DNA of 64,000 nt. Source: an uncultured Actinomycetota bacterium (GTDB lineage Bacteria; Actinomycetota; Actinomycetes; JAFAQI01). Location of the stretch: assembly GCA_963770565.1 (NCBI GenBank), contig CAVYQE010000011.1, forward strand, positions 32,001 through 96,000. Direction: 5' to 3'. The number at the start of each line of letters is the position of its first letter. Positions within the stretch are counted from its first letter, which is position 1. This document shows positions 9,509 through 20,858 of the stretch, piece by piece. The translations under genes were made by a program, and so were the position numbers. Under the pieces are notes generated by a model that saw only the letters and a program-made list of their open reading frames with translations, had not been told where the DNA came from and searched no databases.

Positions 9509-9943
9509 TCAGTCGAGGCAGAACTCGTTGCCCTCGATGTCCTGCATCACGATGCACGACTCGTTGACGTCATCGGCAGGCAGTAGCCGCTCGCGTACCG
9601 CGCCTAGCGCGACCAGTCGTGTGCATTCAGCCTCAAGGACGGCCAGGCGTTCTGCACCAACGAGCCCGCTGCCGACCCGCACGTCGAGATGCAGCCGGTT
9701 CTTGACGACCTTGCCCTCGGGAACCCGCTGGAAGAACAGTCGCGGGCCCACGCCCGAGGGATCAACGCATGCGAACGCTGAACCCTGATCCTCGGCCGGC
9801 AGCTCGCGATCGAAATCGTCCCAAGTCGCGAAGCCTTCCGGCGGCGGCGGTACGACGTACCCCAACACGTCGCACCAGAATCGAGCGACGCGCTCAGGTT
9901 CTGCGCAGTCGAAGGTGACTTGGACCTGCCTGACCAACGCCAT
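9509..9943 (-). CDS. VOC/glyoxalase-like protein
   Basis: QVTFDC, KNRLHLDV, QDIEGNEFCLD. Confidence 0.9.
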   Translation of the reverse strand: MALVRQVQVTFDCAEPERVARFWCDVLGYVVPPPPEGFATWDDFDRELPAEDQGSAFACVDPSGVGPRLFFQRVPEGKVVKNRLHLDVRVGSGLVGAERLAVLEAECTRLVALGAVRERLLPADDVNESCIVMQDIEGNEFCLD

Positions 9944-10008
9944 TGGTTCACGATAGTGGCGCGCAGAAAGCGTTGGCCTTGGTTAGCCGTTAGTGCAACA
10001 GTTCAGTC

Positions 10009-10737
10009 GTGCCGACGGATCACTTTGGACCGGAGGTCGCAGCGCGCTACGACGAGGACGAGGCTGCGATGTTCGGGGCGGCGGCGCTCCAGCCCGCGGT
10101 CGAGTTCCTCGTGGCGATGGCCGGCGACCAACCGGTGCTCGAGCTCGGCATCGGGACCGGGCGGGTTGCCTTGCCGCTGCACGACCGCGGAGTCGTCGTA
10201 CACGGCATCGACCTGTCGGTGGCTATGGTCGAGCGGTTGCGCGCCAAGCCCGGTGGGGCGGACATCCCGGTCGTGATCGGCGACTTCGCCACCGCCACCG
10301 CGGACGGCGCTTTCGGCCTTGCCTATCTGGTGTTCAACACGATCGGCAACCTCACCACTCAGGCGGAGCAAGTTGCCTGCTTCCGCAATGTCGCTCGCCA
10401 CCTCGTGTCGGGCGGTCACTTCGTGATCGAGGTTGGCGTGCCGGGTGTGCTCGGTCTTTCGGCCGGCGAGACAGTCCGGCCGTTCGAAGTGACCGAGGAC
10501 CACGTCGGGTTCGACGAGTACGACGTCGTCACCCAGTCGCTGGTCTCGCACCACTTGTATCGCGACGGTGACGACTGGCGTCGAGGCTTCACGCCGTTGC
10601 GTTATGTCTGGCCGGCTGAGTTGGACCTGATGGCGCAACTCGCCGGCTTGACCCTCGTCGAGCGTTGGGGTGACTGGGATCGATCGGCGTACGACCAGGC
10701 GAGCACGAAGCACGTCTCCGTGTGGCGGAAGACGTAG
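10009..10737 (+). CDS. Class I SAM-dependent methyltransferase (small-molecule type)
   Basis: VLELGIGTGR, GIDLS, YLVFNT. Confidence 0.9.
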   Translation: MPTDHFGPEVAARYDEDEAAMFGAAALQPAVEFLVAMAGDQPVLELGIGTGRVALPLHDRGVVVHGIDLSVAMVERLRAKPGGADIPVVIGDFATATADGAFGLAYLVFNTIGNLTTQAEQVACFRNVARHLVSGGHFVIEVGVPGVLGLSAGETVRPFEVTEDHVGFDEYDVVTQSLVSHHLYRDGDDWRRGFTPLRYVWPAELDLMAQLAGLTLVERWGDWDRSAYDQASTKHVSVWRKT

Positions 10738-10796
10738 TCGCATCAACAGGCTGTGGACGAAGTGGTTGTGCACAACCGTTGGTAGGTAAGAGAAAC

Positions 10797-10818
10797 TGTC
10801 GTAGCCAATTCGTAGGTT
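10797..10818 (+). promoter_or_regulatory. RecA-NDp/PafBC-type DNA-damage promoter, leaderless
   Basis: TGTCGT-N10-TAGGTT, then 7 nt to ATG 10826; consensus TGTCGG-N10-TAnnnT. Confidence 0.65.
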
Positions 10819-10825
10819 GGCGGAC

Positions 10826-12022
10826 ATGGGCAACCTGGCATCTGCGATCGACGAGCTGTTCGCCGTCGATGCTCGTGCGTTGCCTGATGCGGCGCTCGTC
10901 GACGAGGTGGTCGAGATCGATCGAGCGATCAACCGGCTCAAGGCGGCCTTTCTGGCCCGGGTTGAGGTGCTTGACCGTCGCGGTGCGTTGTCGGCCGAGC
11001 ACGGCTCGACGGCGGCGTGGCTGCGCGGCGAGCTGCGGTTCTCGCCGAGTGCGGCGAGCCGCCACGTGCACCTGGCGCGCGATCTCGCCGATGTGCTGCC
11101 GAGCGTTGCGGCGGCGATGGCCGACGGCGCGCTCAGCGTCGAGCACGCCCAGCAGTTGGCCGGATTGCGCAAGGACTTGTCGGACGAGGCGGTCCGGTCC
11201 GCGGATCCGCACCTTGCGGACGGCGCCCGGGTTCGCAACCCGCTCGAGCTTCGGCAGTTCGTCACCGCGGTGCGGCACTCGTACGCGCCGGCACGGGTCG
11301 TTCGCGCTGAGCAAGAGGCGTTCCAGGAGCGCGCGCTGCATGCGTCGTCCACGATCTTCGGCACCGGAGTCGGCAACTGGATCTGCGATCCGGTCAGTCA
11401 CGAGACGATCATGACCGCGATCCATGCCGCGTCCGGGCCTGAGGCGTGGGACCTGCGTACACCGGCCCAGCGCCGCTTCGACGCATTGGTCACCGTCTGT
11501 GAGATTGCGATGCGGTCCGGCGAGCTGCCCGAGACCGGCGGGGTCAAGCCGCACGTCACGGTCGTGGTCGATCTCGACACGTTGCTCGGGTTGCCGGGTG
11601 CGGCTGCGGCCCGGCTCGGCTTCGGTACGGCGATCAGCGGTGAAGCTGCCCGCCAGATCGCCTGCGATGCCGAGATCTCCCGGGTCATCACCGGTCCTCG
11701 AGGAGAGGTGCTCGACTCGGGCCGGTCGTCCCGGACCTTCACGGCCGCGCAACGCCGGGCGATCGTCGCCCGCGACAAACACTGCCGCTGGGACGGCTGC
11801 GATCGGCCGGCGTCGTGGTGCGACGCTCACCACCGGGTGGACTGGATCTTTGGCGGGCCGACCTCGGTCGACAGCGGGGTGCTGCTCTGCGGCCGACATC
11901 ACACCCGGGTACATCGCGACGACCTCGCCGTGCTGATCGAGCCAGATGGCACTCGTACGGTTTCCAGAATTCTTGGCAGCGGCCGCAGGCAGCGGAACGC
12001 GGCACAGCGGGCCGGGCCATGA
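10826..12022 (+). CDS. DUF222 (13E12 repeat)-HNH endonuclease
   Basis: RTPAQRRFDAL, IACDA, RTFTAAQRRAIVARDKHCRWDGC..CDAHH..GGPT..LLCGRHHTRVH. Confidence 0.92.
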   Translation: MGNLASAIDELFAVDARALPDAALVDEVVEIDRAINRLKAAFLARVEVLDRRGALSAEHGSTAAWLRGELRFSPSAASRHVHLARDLADVLPSVAAAMADGALSVEHAQQLAGLRKDLSDEAVRSADPHLADGARVRNPLELRQFVTAVRHSYAPARVVRAEQEAFQERALHASSTIFGTGVGNWICDPVSHETIMTAIHAASGPEAWDLRTPAQRRFDALVTVCEIAMRSGELPETGGVKPHVTVVVDLDTLLGLPGAAAARLGFGTAISGEAARQIACDAEISRVITGPRGEVLDSGRSSRTFTAAQRRAIVARDKHCRWDGCDRPASWCDAHHRVDWIFGGPTSVDSGVLLCGRHHTRVHRDDLAVLIEPDGTRTVSRILGSGRRQRNAAQRAGP

Positions 12023-12076
12023 CAGCGCCGGACGGGCCGTGGGGGCGTTGTTGGGCGTCGATGGCGGCGAAATACG

Positions 12077-12853
12077 GTGGATCCCGTGGCAACTCGGGCT
12101 GAGCGGGCGCTGTCGTTCGGGTCGGTCGCCCCGGACTATGACCGGCTGCGACCGCCGCCGGTGGCCGAGGCGGTGGACTGGTTGGTGCCGGACGGCTGCG
12201 AGGTCGCCGTCGACGTGGCCGCGGGAACGGGGCTGTTCACCCGGCCGCTCGCCGAGCGGGTGGCCCGGGTGGTGGCGGTCGAGCCGGATCCGAAGATGCG
12301 CAACGTGCTCGCCGATCGCTCGCCCGGGGTCGAGGTGCTCGAGGGAACGGGGGAGTCGATCCCGATGCCCGACGCAAGCGCCGATGCCGTCTTCGTGTCG
12401 TCGGCCTGGCACTGGCTGGATCCAGCTCGTGCGCTCACCGAGATGGCCAGGGTGCTTCGTGACGGTGGCCGGCTCGGAGTGCTGTGGACCAGCCGCGACC
12501 GCGACATCGAGTGGGTGCGTGATCTCGATCGGCTGCCGGGCGAGCCGCCGTGGGACGGCGAGTCCGAGGGCCGGCACCGGCGCAATCGGGACGTCGACCT
12601 CGCGGTGGTCGACGGCCAGTTCTTCGGGCAGGTCGAGCGGATGTCGTTCGCGACCACGCGGCCGATGCGGATCGATGAGATCGTCGAGCTGGCTGGCACC
12701 TACAGCGCGGTCATCACGGCCGAGCCCGACGTTCGGGCGGTTGTGCTCGACAACGCGCAGGCGACATTGCACCAGCGATTTCCCGGGACGGACGTCGTCG
12801 ACTTCCCGATCAGGTCGTGGTGCTGGCGGGCCGACCGGCTCGCTCGCAACTGA
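12077..12853 (+). CDS. Class I SAM-dependent methyltransferase
   Basis: SFGSVAPDYDRLRP, DVAAGTG, AWHW; start may be the GTG at 12086. Confidence 0.88.
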   Translation: MDPVATRAERALSFGSVAPDYDRLRPPPVAEAVDWLVPDGCEVAVDVAAGTGLFTRPLAERVARVVAVEPDPKMRNVLADRSPGVEVLEGTGESIPMPDASADAVFVSSAWHWLDPARALTEMARVLRDGGRLGVLWTSRDRDIEWVRDLDRLPGEPPWDGESEGRHRRNRDVDLAVVDGQFFGQVERMSFATTRPMRIDEIVELAGTYSAVITAEPDVRAVVLDNAQATLHQRFPGTDVVDFPIRSWCWRADRLARN

Positions 12854-12870
12854 CCAGCGCGGGCAACGCG

Positions 12871-13428
12871 TTACTTCTTGTTGAATCCGAAGTTGAGCGA
12901 GCAGCTTCCGCCGAGGCTCTTCGGGCCGCGATAGGTGATGGTCCCGATCGACGGCCTCTTCTTGGTGCCGCCCCGCGGGCCGGCGAAGTTCATCTCGAGG
13001 CCGCCCTTGAAGGTCTTGCCGGCTCGCCGCAGGTTCACCTTGTCCGTCGTGAACGGGGGATCTCCGCCCACGACGGATCTTCCGACGATCCACTCCTTGA
13101 AGGTGGTGCCGGAGACGGTCTCACCCTTGAGCAGGTGGATCGCGTGTTTGCCGAGGACCCGCACCGTGCCGGTCCCGCACGCGGTCTCGGCGTCAGGTCC
13201 GATGATCACGGTCAGACCGCTGACGTCGCGGTGCCCCTTGGTCACGGTGAACGAGCCGCCCGAGTTCTCCATGATTCCCGGCTCGTCCTCGTTGTTGTTC
13301 AGCACCCAATGGCCGCTCTCGGGCGGCCGGGGACCCTTCGAGTGACCGGCCCCCGCTGACGCCGCCGGGCCGACCAGGACGAGCGTCAGCGGCAACGGAA
13401 GGAGGGCAGCAAGCAGGAGGCGTCTCAT
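12871..13428 (-). CDS. Secreted hypothetical protein
   Basis: Signal peptide MRRLLLAALL..ASA; two Cys; CATGCT-N6-ATG leaderless layout. Confidence 0.7.
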   Translation of the reverse strand: MRRLLLAALLPLPLTLVLVGPAASAGAGHSKGPRPPESGHWVLNNNEDEPGIMENSGGSFTVTKGHRDVSGLTVIIGPDAETACGTGTVRVLGKHAIHLLKGETVSGTTFKEWIVGRSVVGGDPPFTTDKVNLRRAGKTFKGGLEMNFAGPRGGTKKRPSIGTITYRGPKSLGGSCSLNFGFNKK

Positions 13429-13493
13429 CGGGACAGCATGGCCCTTGGTCCAGCGGCAGGCAGCGGAACCCCGAACTCGGGCCGGCCCGGTGA

Positions 13494-13700
13494 TCAGGCC
13501 AGGCCGGTCACCGAGTCGGCGTTGAGCACGCAGAACTCGTTGCCTTCGGGGTCGAGCATGACCGCCAACGTGTCAGGGTTCGCGTACGCGGGCGGATCCA
13601 CCCGCATCTCAACGAGGGTTCCGCCGGCGCCGACCAGTCTCGCCACCTCGTCCTCGATCGGCCCGTTCCTTCGCGCCATTGGGCCCTCCCCGACCAATCG
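13494..13700 (-). pseudogene. C-terminal remnant of a VOC-family gene
   Basis: IEDEVARLVGAGG..VMLDPEGNEFCVL with no room for the N-terminal half before the echA19 stop; upstream boundary approximate. Confidence 0.65.
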
Positions 13701-13710
13701 GCTTCTCGAG

Positions 13711-14499
13711 CTATCGACCCTCGTAGCGTGGCGGGCGCTTCTCCTTGAACGCGAGCGTGCCTTCCCGCGCATCCGCCGTACCGAAGATCGGTAGGCCGAT
13801 CTCGAGCTCGATCTTCAGCGCCTCGGCCTCGGGCAAGCCCTCGGTCTCCTGGACCGAGCGCTTGATCGCTTGTACGGCGAGCGGGCCGTTCGCCGCAATG
13901 CGTTCGGCGATCTGCATCGCGGTCGGCAGCGCCTCGCCGTCGGCGACGACTCGGCCGATGAGACCGATCCGCTCGGCCTCCTCGGCCGAGATCGTGTCGC
14001 CGGTGAGCAGGAGCTCCATCGCCTTCGTGTAGCCGATCTGGCGGCGCAGCCGGACGGTCGAGCCGCCGACCGGGAAAAGCGCCCGGGTGACCTCGACCAC
14101 GCCGAACTTCGCGCTGGCGCCCGCGACCCGGATGTCGGTGGCCTGCAGGATCTCGGTGCCGCCGGCCACCGCGTACCCCTCGACCGCTGCGATCAACGGC
14201 TTGGTCAGCCGGTGGTTGCGCAGCAGCGCCTTCCACGCGATCCCGGTGTCGGATCGCAGCCGCTGCGCGGCGTCGGAGGTGTTCTGGGCGTCGTTCATCG
14301 CTTTGAGATCGGCGCCCGCGCAGAAGACCCCGTCGGTGCCGGTGAGGATCGCGACCCGGATCTCCTCGTCGCTGTCGACCCGGTCCCAGGCATCGGCGAG
14401 ACCGACGATCATCTCGGGGGACAGCGCGTTCTTCGCCTCGGGGCGGTTCATGGTGAGGACGAGGACGTGCCCGCGCTGCTCGGTCTCGAGGTGCGCCAT
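13711..14499 (-). CDS. echA19: Enoyl-CoA hydratase, EchA19-like
   Basis: [48 protein letters not shown]; steroid-cluster context. Confidence 0.85.
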   Translation of the reverse strand: MAHLETEQRGHVLVLTMNRPEAKNALSPEMIVGLADAWDRVDSDEEIRVAILTGTDGVFCAGADLKAMNDAQNTSDAAQRLRSDTGIAWKALLRNHRLTKPLIAAVEGYAVAGGTEILQATDIRVAGASAKFGVVEVTRALFPVGGSTVRLRRQIGYTKAMELLLTGDTISAEEAERIGLIGRVVADGEALPTAMQIAERIAANGPLAVQAIKRSVQETEGLPEAEALKIELEIGLPIFGTADAREGTLAFKEKRPPRYEGR

Positions 14500-14507
14500 C
14501 GCGGCCC

Positions 14508-15716
<1,209 letters not shown>

Positions 15717-15725
15717 CTAGGAGTG

Positions 15726-15767
15726 TTGACGCCCCCTGGAATTGCGGGAAGATTAGAACACGTTCTC
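15726..15767 (+). promoter_or_regulatory. SigA-type promoter with adjoining KstR operator, cyp125 side
   Basis: TTGACG (15726)-N17-AAGATT (15749); TAGAACACGTTCTC at 15754-15767. Confidence 0.75.
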
Positions 15768-15810
15768 GTCTTGGTGATCCGGTGCCGCGGACCGGCTATG
15801 AGAGGTGGCT

Positions 15811-17042
<1,232 letters not shown>

Positions 17043-17046
<4 letters not shown>

Positions 17047-17480
17047 CCGAGGCCCTGAGCGCACCGCACGCGATCGACTACACCTACACCCGATCGACCG
17101 GACCGATCATCGGCGCGTTCCTCACCGGGTTACGCGATCGGCGGATCCTCGGGGTACGCGGCTCCGATGGCCGGGTGATCGTGCCCGCGATCGACTACGA
17201 CCCGGTCACCAGTGACGATCTTGAGGAGCTCGTGGTCGTCGCCGACACCGGCGTCGTGACGACCTGGTCATGGAACTCCCAGCCGCTGCCCGGGCAGCCT
17301 CTGGATCATCCGTTCGCCTGGGCGCTGGTCAAGCTCGACGGCGCCGACACCGCGATGCTCGCAGCGGTCGACGCCGGCGATCCGGGCGCGATCGAGACCG
17401 GGGTGCGGGTGGGCGCACGCTGGGCCGAGCATCGGGTCGGCTCGATCCGCGACCTGGTCTGCTTCGAGTTGCTGCCATGA
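17043..17480 (+). CDS. DUF35/OB-fold protein (N-half of Rv3521-like)
   Basis: RSTGPIIGAFLTGLRDRRILGVRGSDGRV, PFAWALVKLDGAD; ATGA coupling at both ends. Confidence 0.85.
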
Positions 17481-17959
17481 CCGAGCCGGTCACGATGGTC
17501 GAGACGCCGATTCACCTCGACTACAGCTACACGCCGGGCGTTGCGGCGTCGCGCTTCCTGCGCTCGCTCGAGCGCGGCGAGATCGTCGGTCAGCGCTGCC
17601 CGACCTGTGGCAAGGTCTACGTGCCGCCCCGCGGCGCATGCTCGATGTGTGGGGTCGCGACCGATGAGGAGCTGGTCCTCACCGGCAAGGGCACGATTAC
17701 GACGTTCTGCGTGACCAGTGTGCCGAGCCCCGGCCTCGAGCCGCCGTACGTCACTGCCTGGATCCGGCTCGACGGCGCGGACATCACCTCGATGTTCCTC
17801 GTGCAGGAGTGCGACCCGGCCGAGGTGCGACTCGGCATGCGGGTCGAGCCGGTGTGGGTGGCGGCCGACGCGCGCGAGGCGAACCTCGGCAACATCCGCT
17901 ACTTCCGGCCGAGCGGTGAGCCGGACGCCGAGTACGAGACGTACAAGGAGTACGTGTGA
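17477..17959 (+). CDS. Zn-ribbon DUF35/OB-fold protein (C-half of Rv3521-like)
   Basis: CPTC..CSMC, LDGAD, GMRVEPVW, YFRPSGEPDA. Confidence 0.88.
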   Translation: MTEPVTMVETPIHLDYSYTPGVAASRFLRSLERGEIVGQRCPTCGKVYVPPRGACSMCGVATDEELVLTGKGTITTFCVTSVPSPGLEPPYVTAWIRLDGADITSMFLVQECDPAEVRLGMRVEPVWVAADAREANLGNIRYFRPSGEPDAEYETYKEYV

Positions 17960-18897
17960 CCACCGGGATGCGGCCCGTGGCGATCGTCGCCTCGGCGTCG
18001 TTCGAGACCCCGTCGGAGCCGGCCCGCAACGAGGTCGAGATGCTGCTGCCGGTCATTCACGACGCGCTCGGATCGGTCGGTCTGACCCAGCGCGACATCG
18101 GTTTCACCGTCTCCGGGTCGAGCGACTACCTGCAGGGATTCCCGTTCGCGTTCGTGGGTGCGCTCGACGCGGTCGGCGCCTGGCCGCCGATCCGGGAGTC
18201 GCACGTGGAGATGGACGGCGCGTTCGCGCTCGCCGAGGCGGTGGCGGTGTTGCAGCACGACACCGCGATCGGGCCGGCCTGCGATACGGCGCTGGTCTAC
18301 GCCTTTGCCCGCCCGTCGCGCGGCCACCTCGACCGCACGTTGGCGCTCCAGCTCGATCCCTACACGGTCGCCCCGCTTTGGCCGGACGCCCGCAGCCTGG
18401 CCGGACTGCAGGCCCGGGCGATGCGCGACTGCGGCCGGTTCGCCGACGTACCCGACGTCACGCCGACCGTGGTCGCGGATGGCGCGACCGCTGTCGTCCT
18501 CGCGGTCGGCGATCGCGCCCGCGAGCTCACCGAGCATCCGGTCTGGATCCGCGGCATCGACCACCGGATCGAGGCGCCGGCGCTCGGTGCCCGCGACCTG
18601 ACCGTGTCGGCGTCGACCCGGCTCGCTGCCGAGCACGCCGGTGCGACCGACATCGATGCCGCCTGGCTGCACGTGCTCTACCCGCACCAGCGGCTGTTGC
18701 TTGCCGACGCGCTCGGCCTGGCCGAGCAGCCGGTCGACGCGGCGGCCGGCCCGATGATGGTGGGCGGCCTGCAGCGGCTCGCCGCTGCGGCCGCGGGAGT
18801 CGCGGCCGGCCGGGCGAGGCGGGCGGTCGCGCACGCCACCAGCGGGCCGTGCCTGCAGCAGAACCTGGTCGCCGTCCTCGAGCGGGATGCCGCATGA
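17956..18897 (+). CDS. ltp4: Thiolase-like aldolase partner Ltp4
   Basis: SGSSDYLQG, AWPPIRESHVEMDGA, QLDPY, HATSGPCLQQNLV. Confidence 0.85.
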   Translation: MTTGMRPVAIVASASFETPSEPARNEVEMLLPVIHDALGSVGLTQRDIGFTVSGSSDYLQGFPFAFVGALDAVGAWPPIRESHVEMDGAFALAEAVAVLQHDTAIGPACDTALVYAFARPSRGHLDRTLALQLDPYTVAPLWPDARSLAGLQARAMRDCGRFADVPDVTPTVVADGATAVVLAVGDRARELTEHPVWIRGIDHRIEAPALGARDLTVSASTRLAAEHAGATDIDAAWLHVLYPHQRLLLADALGLAEQPVDAAAGPMMVGGLQRLAAAAAGVAAGRARRAVAHATSGPCLQQNLVAVLERDAA

Positions 18898-20057
18898 GCG
18901 AGTACCGCGTAGCAGTCGTGGGGGTCGGCCAGACCAAGTACGCCTCGAAGCGCCAGGACGTCTCGATCGCGGGCCTGGTCCGCGAGGCGGCGAAGCGCGC
19001 GCTCGACGACGCGGGGATGGGCTGGTCGGACATCGACGCGGTCGTGATCGGCAAGGCGCCCGACATGTTCGAGGGCGTGATGATGCCTGAGCTCTACCTT
19101 GCCGATGCGCTCGGCGCGGTCGGCAAGCCGATGCTGCGGGTGCACACCGCGGGCAGCGTTGGCGGCTCGACCGGCGTGATGGCGACTCACCTGGTGTCGA
19201 GCGGGACCCACCGACGGGTGCTGGTGGTGTGCTTCGAGAAGCAGAGCGAGTCGAACGCGACCTGGGCGCTGTCGATCCGGCTGCCGTTCACCGGCGGCAT
19301 CGTGACCGGCGCCGGTGGCTACTTCGCGCCGGTCATCCGGGCCTACATCCGGCGCGCGAACGCACCCGACCACATCGGGATCAAGGTCGCGGTCAAGGAC
19401 CGGCAGAACGCGTTGAAGAACCCGTACGCGCACCTGCAGATCCCCGACATCAGCGAGGAAATGGTGCGCGAGTCGCCGATGCTGTGGGACCCGATCCGCT
19501 ATCTCGAGACCTGCCCGTCCTCCGACGGTGCGTGCGCGGTCGTGCTGGCCGACGCGGACACCGCCCTGGGCACCCCGAACCCGCCGGCCTGGATTCACGG
19601 CACCGCCGTACGCAGCGAGCCGACGATGGGCGCCGGGCGCGACGTCGTCAACCCGCACGCCGGTCGTGACTGTGCCGCCGATGTCTACGCGCAGGCCGGG
19701 ATCACCGACCCGCGGCGCGAGATCGACTGCGCGGAGATCTACGTGCCGTTCTCCTGGTACGAGCCGATGTGGATGGAGAACCTCGGCTTCGCCGATGTCG
19801 GTGCCGGCTGGAAGATGGTGGACGACGACAGCACGTCGCTGACCGGCGATCTGCCGGTCAACCCCTCCGGCGGGGTGCTGTCGTCCAACCCGATCGGCGC
19901 CTCAGGGATGTGCCGGTTCGCCGAGGCAGCGTTGCAGGTGCGCGGGATGGCCGGCGCACATCAGGTTGACGGCGCGCGCCGCGCACTGGGGCACGCCTAC
20001 GGTGGCGGGGCCCAGTTCTTCGCCATGTGGATCGTCGGAAGTGAGAGGCCAGCATGA
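18894..20057 (+). CDS. ltp3: Thiolase-like aldolase Ltp3
   Basis: GKAPDMFEGVMMPEL, VHTAGSVGGST, ETCPSSDGA, GHAYGGGAQFF. Confidence 0.9.
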   Translation: MSEYRVAVVGVGQTKYASKRQDVSIAGLVREAAKRALDDAGMGWSDIDAVVIGKAPDMFEGVMMPELYLADALGAVGKPMLRVHTAGSVGGSTGVMATHLVSSGTHRRVLVVCFEKQSESNATWALSIRLPFTGGIVTGAGGYFAPVIRAYIRRANAPDHIGIKVAVKDRQNALKNPYAHLQIPDISEEMVRESPMLWDPIRYLETCPSSDGACAVVLADADTALGTPNPPAWIHGTAVRSEPTMGAGRDVVNPHAGRDCAADVYAQAGITDPRREIDCAEIYVPFSWYEPMWMENLGFADVGAGWKMVDDDSTSLTGDLPVNPSGGVLSSNPIGASGMCRFAEAALQVRGMAGAHQVDGARRALGHAYGGGAQFFAMWIVGSERPA

Positions 20058-20821
20058 CCACGCTCGACGGCAAGGTTGCCCTGGTCACTGGCGGTGCCCG
20101 CGGGATGGGTGCGGCGCATGTCCGCCGGCTGCACGACGCCGGCGCGACCGTGGTCGCGGCCGACCTCCTCGACGACGAGGGCAAGGCCCTGGTCGACTCC
20201 CTCGGCACCAACTCGGCCGGCGCGCAGGCCAGGTACGCCCACCTCGACGTCACCTCCGAGGACGGCTGGCGGACGGTGGTCGAGGGGATCGAGCGCGGGT
20301 TCGGTCACCTCGACGTCTTGGTCAACAACGCGGGCATCCTGACCTTCAACGCGATCGCCGACATCCCGCTCGAGGAGTTCCGGCGGGTGATCGACGTCAA
20401 TCTGGTCGGCACGTTCCTCGGGATGAAGACGGTGATCCCGGCGATGAAGCGGGCCGGTGGCGGGTCGATTGTCAACATCTCCTCGACCGAAGGCCTGGGT
20501 GGCACGGTCTTCTGCGGCGCCTACACGGCGAGCAAGTTCGGTGTGCGCGGCATCACCAAGGTCGCGGCGATCGAGTACGGCGCCGACAAGATCCGGGTCA
20601 ACTCGGTGCATCCGGGCGGGATCGACACCCCGATGACCCGTGCGGTGATGGACGATGCCGCCCGCGCCTGGGTCGGCAAGAAGGTGTCCGGTCTCAAGCG
20701 GATGGGTGAGGCGGACGAGGTGGCCGGCGTGGTGCTGTTCCTCGCCGGCGACGACTCGTCGTACTGCACCGGTGCGGAGTTCGTGGTCGACGGCGGGGTC
20801 ACCGCTTCGGCCGGCTTCTAG
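20054..20821 (+). CDS. SDR oxidoreductase, 3alpha(20beta)-hydroxysteroid dehydrogenase-like
   Basis: TGGARGMG, NNAG, YTASK, VNSVHPG. Confidence 0.85.
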   Translation: MTTLDGKVALVTGGARGMGAAHVRRLHDAGATVVAADLLDDEGKALVDSLGTNSAGAQARYAHLDVTSEDGWRTVVEGIERGFGHLDVLVNNAGILTFNAIADIPLEEFRRVIDVNLVGTFLGMKTVIPAMKRAGGGSIVNISSTEGLGGTVFCGAYTASKFGVRGITKVAAIEYGADKIRVNSVHPGGIDTPMTRAVMDDAARAWVGKKVSGLKRMGEADEVAGVVLFLAGDDSSYCTGAEFVVDGGVTASAGF

Positions 20822-20839
20822 GCAACGGCTTCTAGGCAA
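20812..20839. repeat. 14-bp tandem duplication spanning the SDR stop codon
   Basis: CGGCTTCTAGGCAA twice. Confidence 0.8.
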
Positions 20840-20858
20840 CGGCGAGGGAGGGCCAGTC

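Noticed and set aside
10009-12853. Methyltransferase-HNH-methyltransferase as a restriction-modification or defence system
   Set aside because: Both methyltransferases are small-molecule class I types without DPPY/NPPY or PC motifs; the HNH gene is a dispersed DUF222 type with its own promoter.
10589-13093. Long antisense or alternate-frame ORFs (e.g. 834 aa here, 31070-33352, 43925-45748, 21432-23126)
   Set aside because: Typical high-GC shadow ORFs overlapping well-supported genes.
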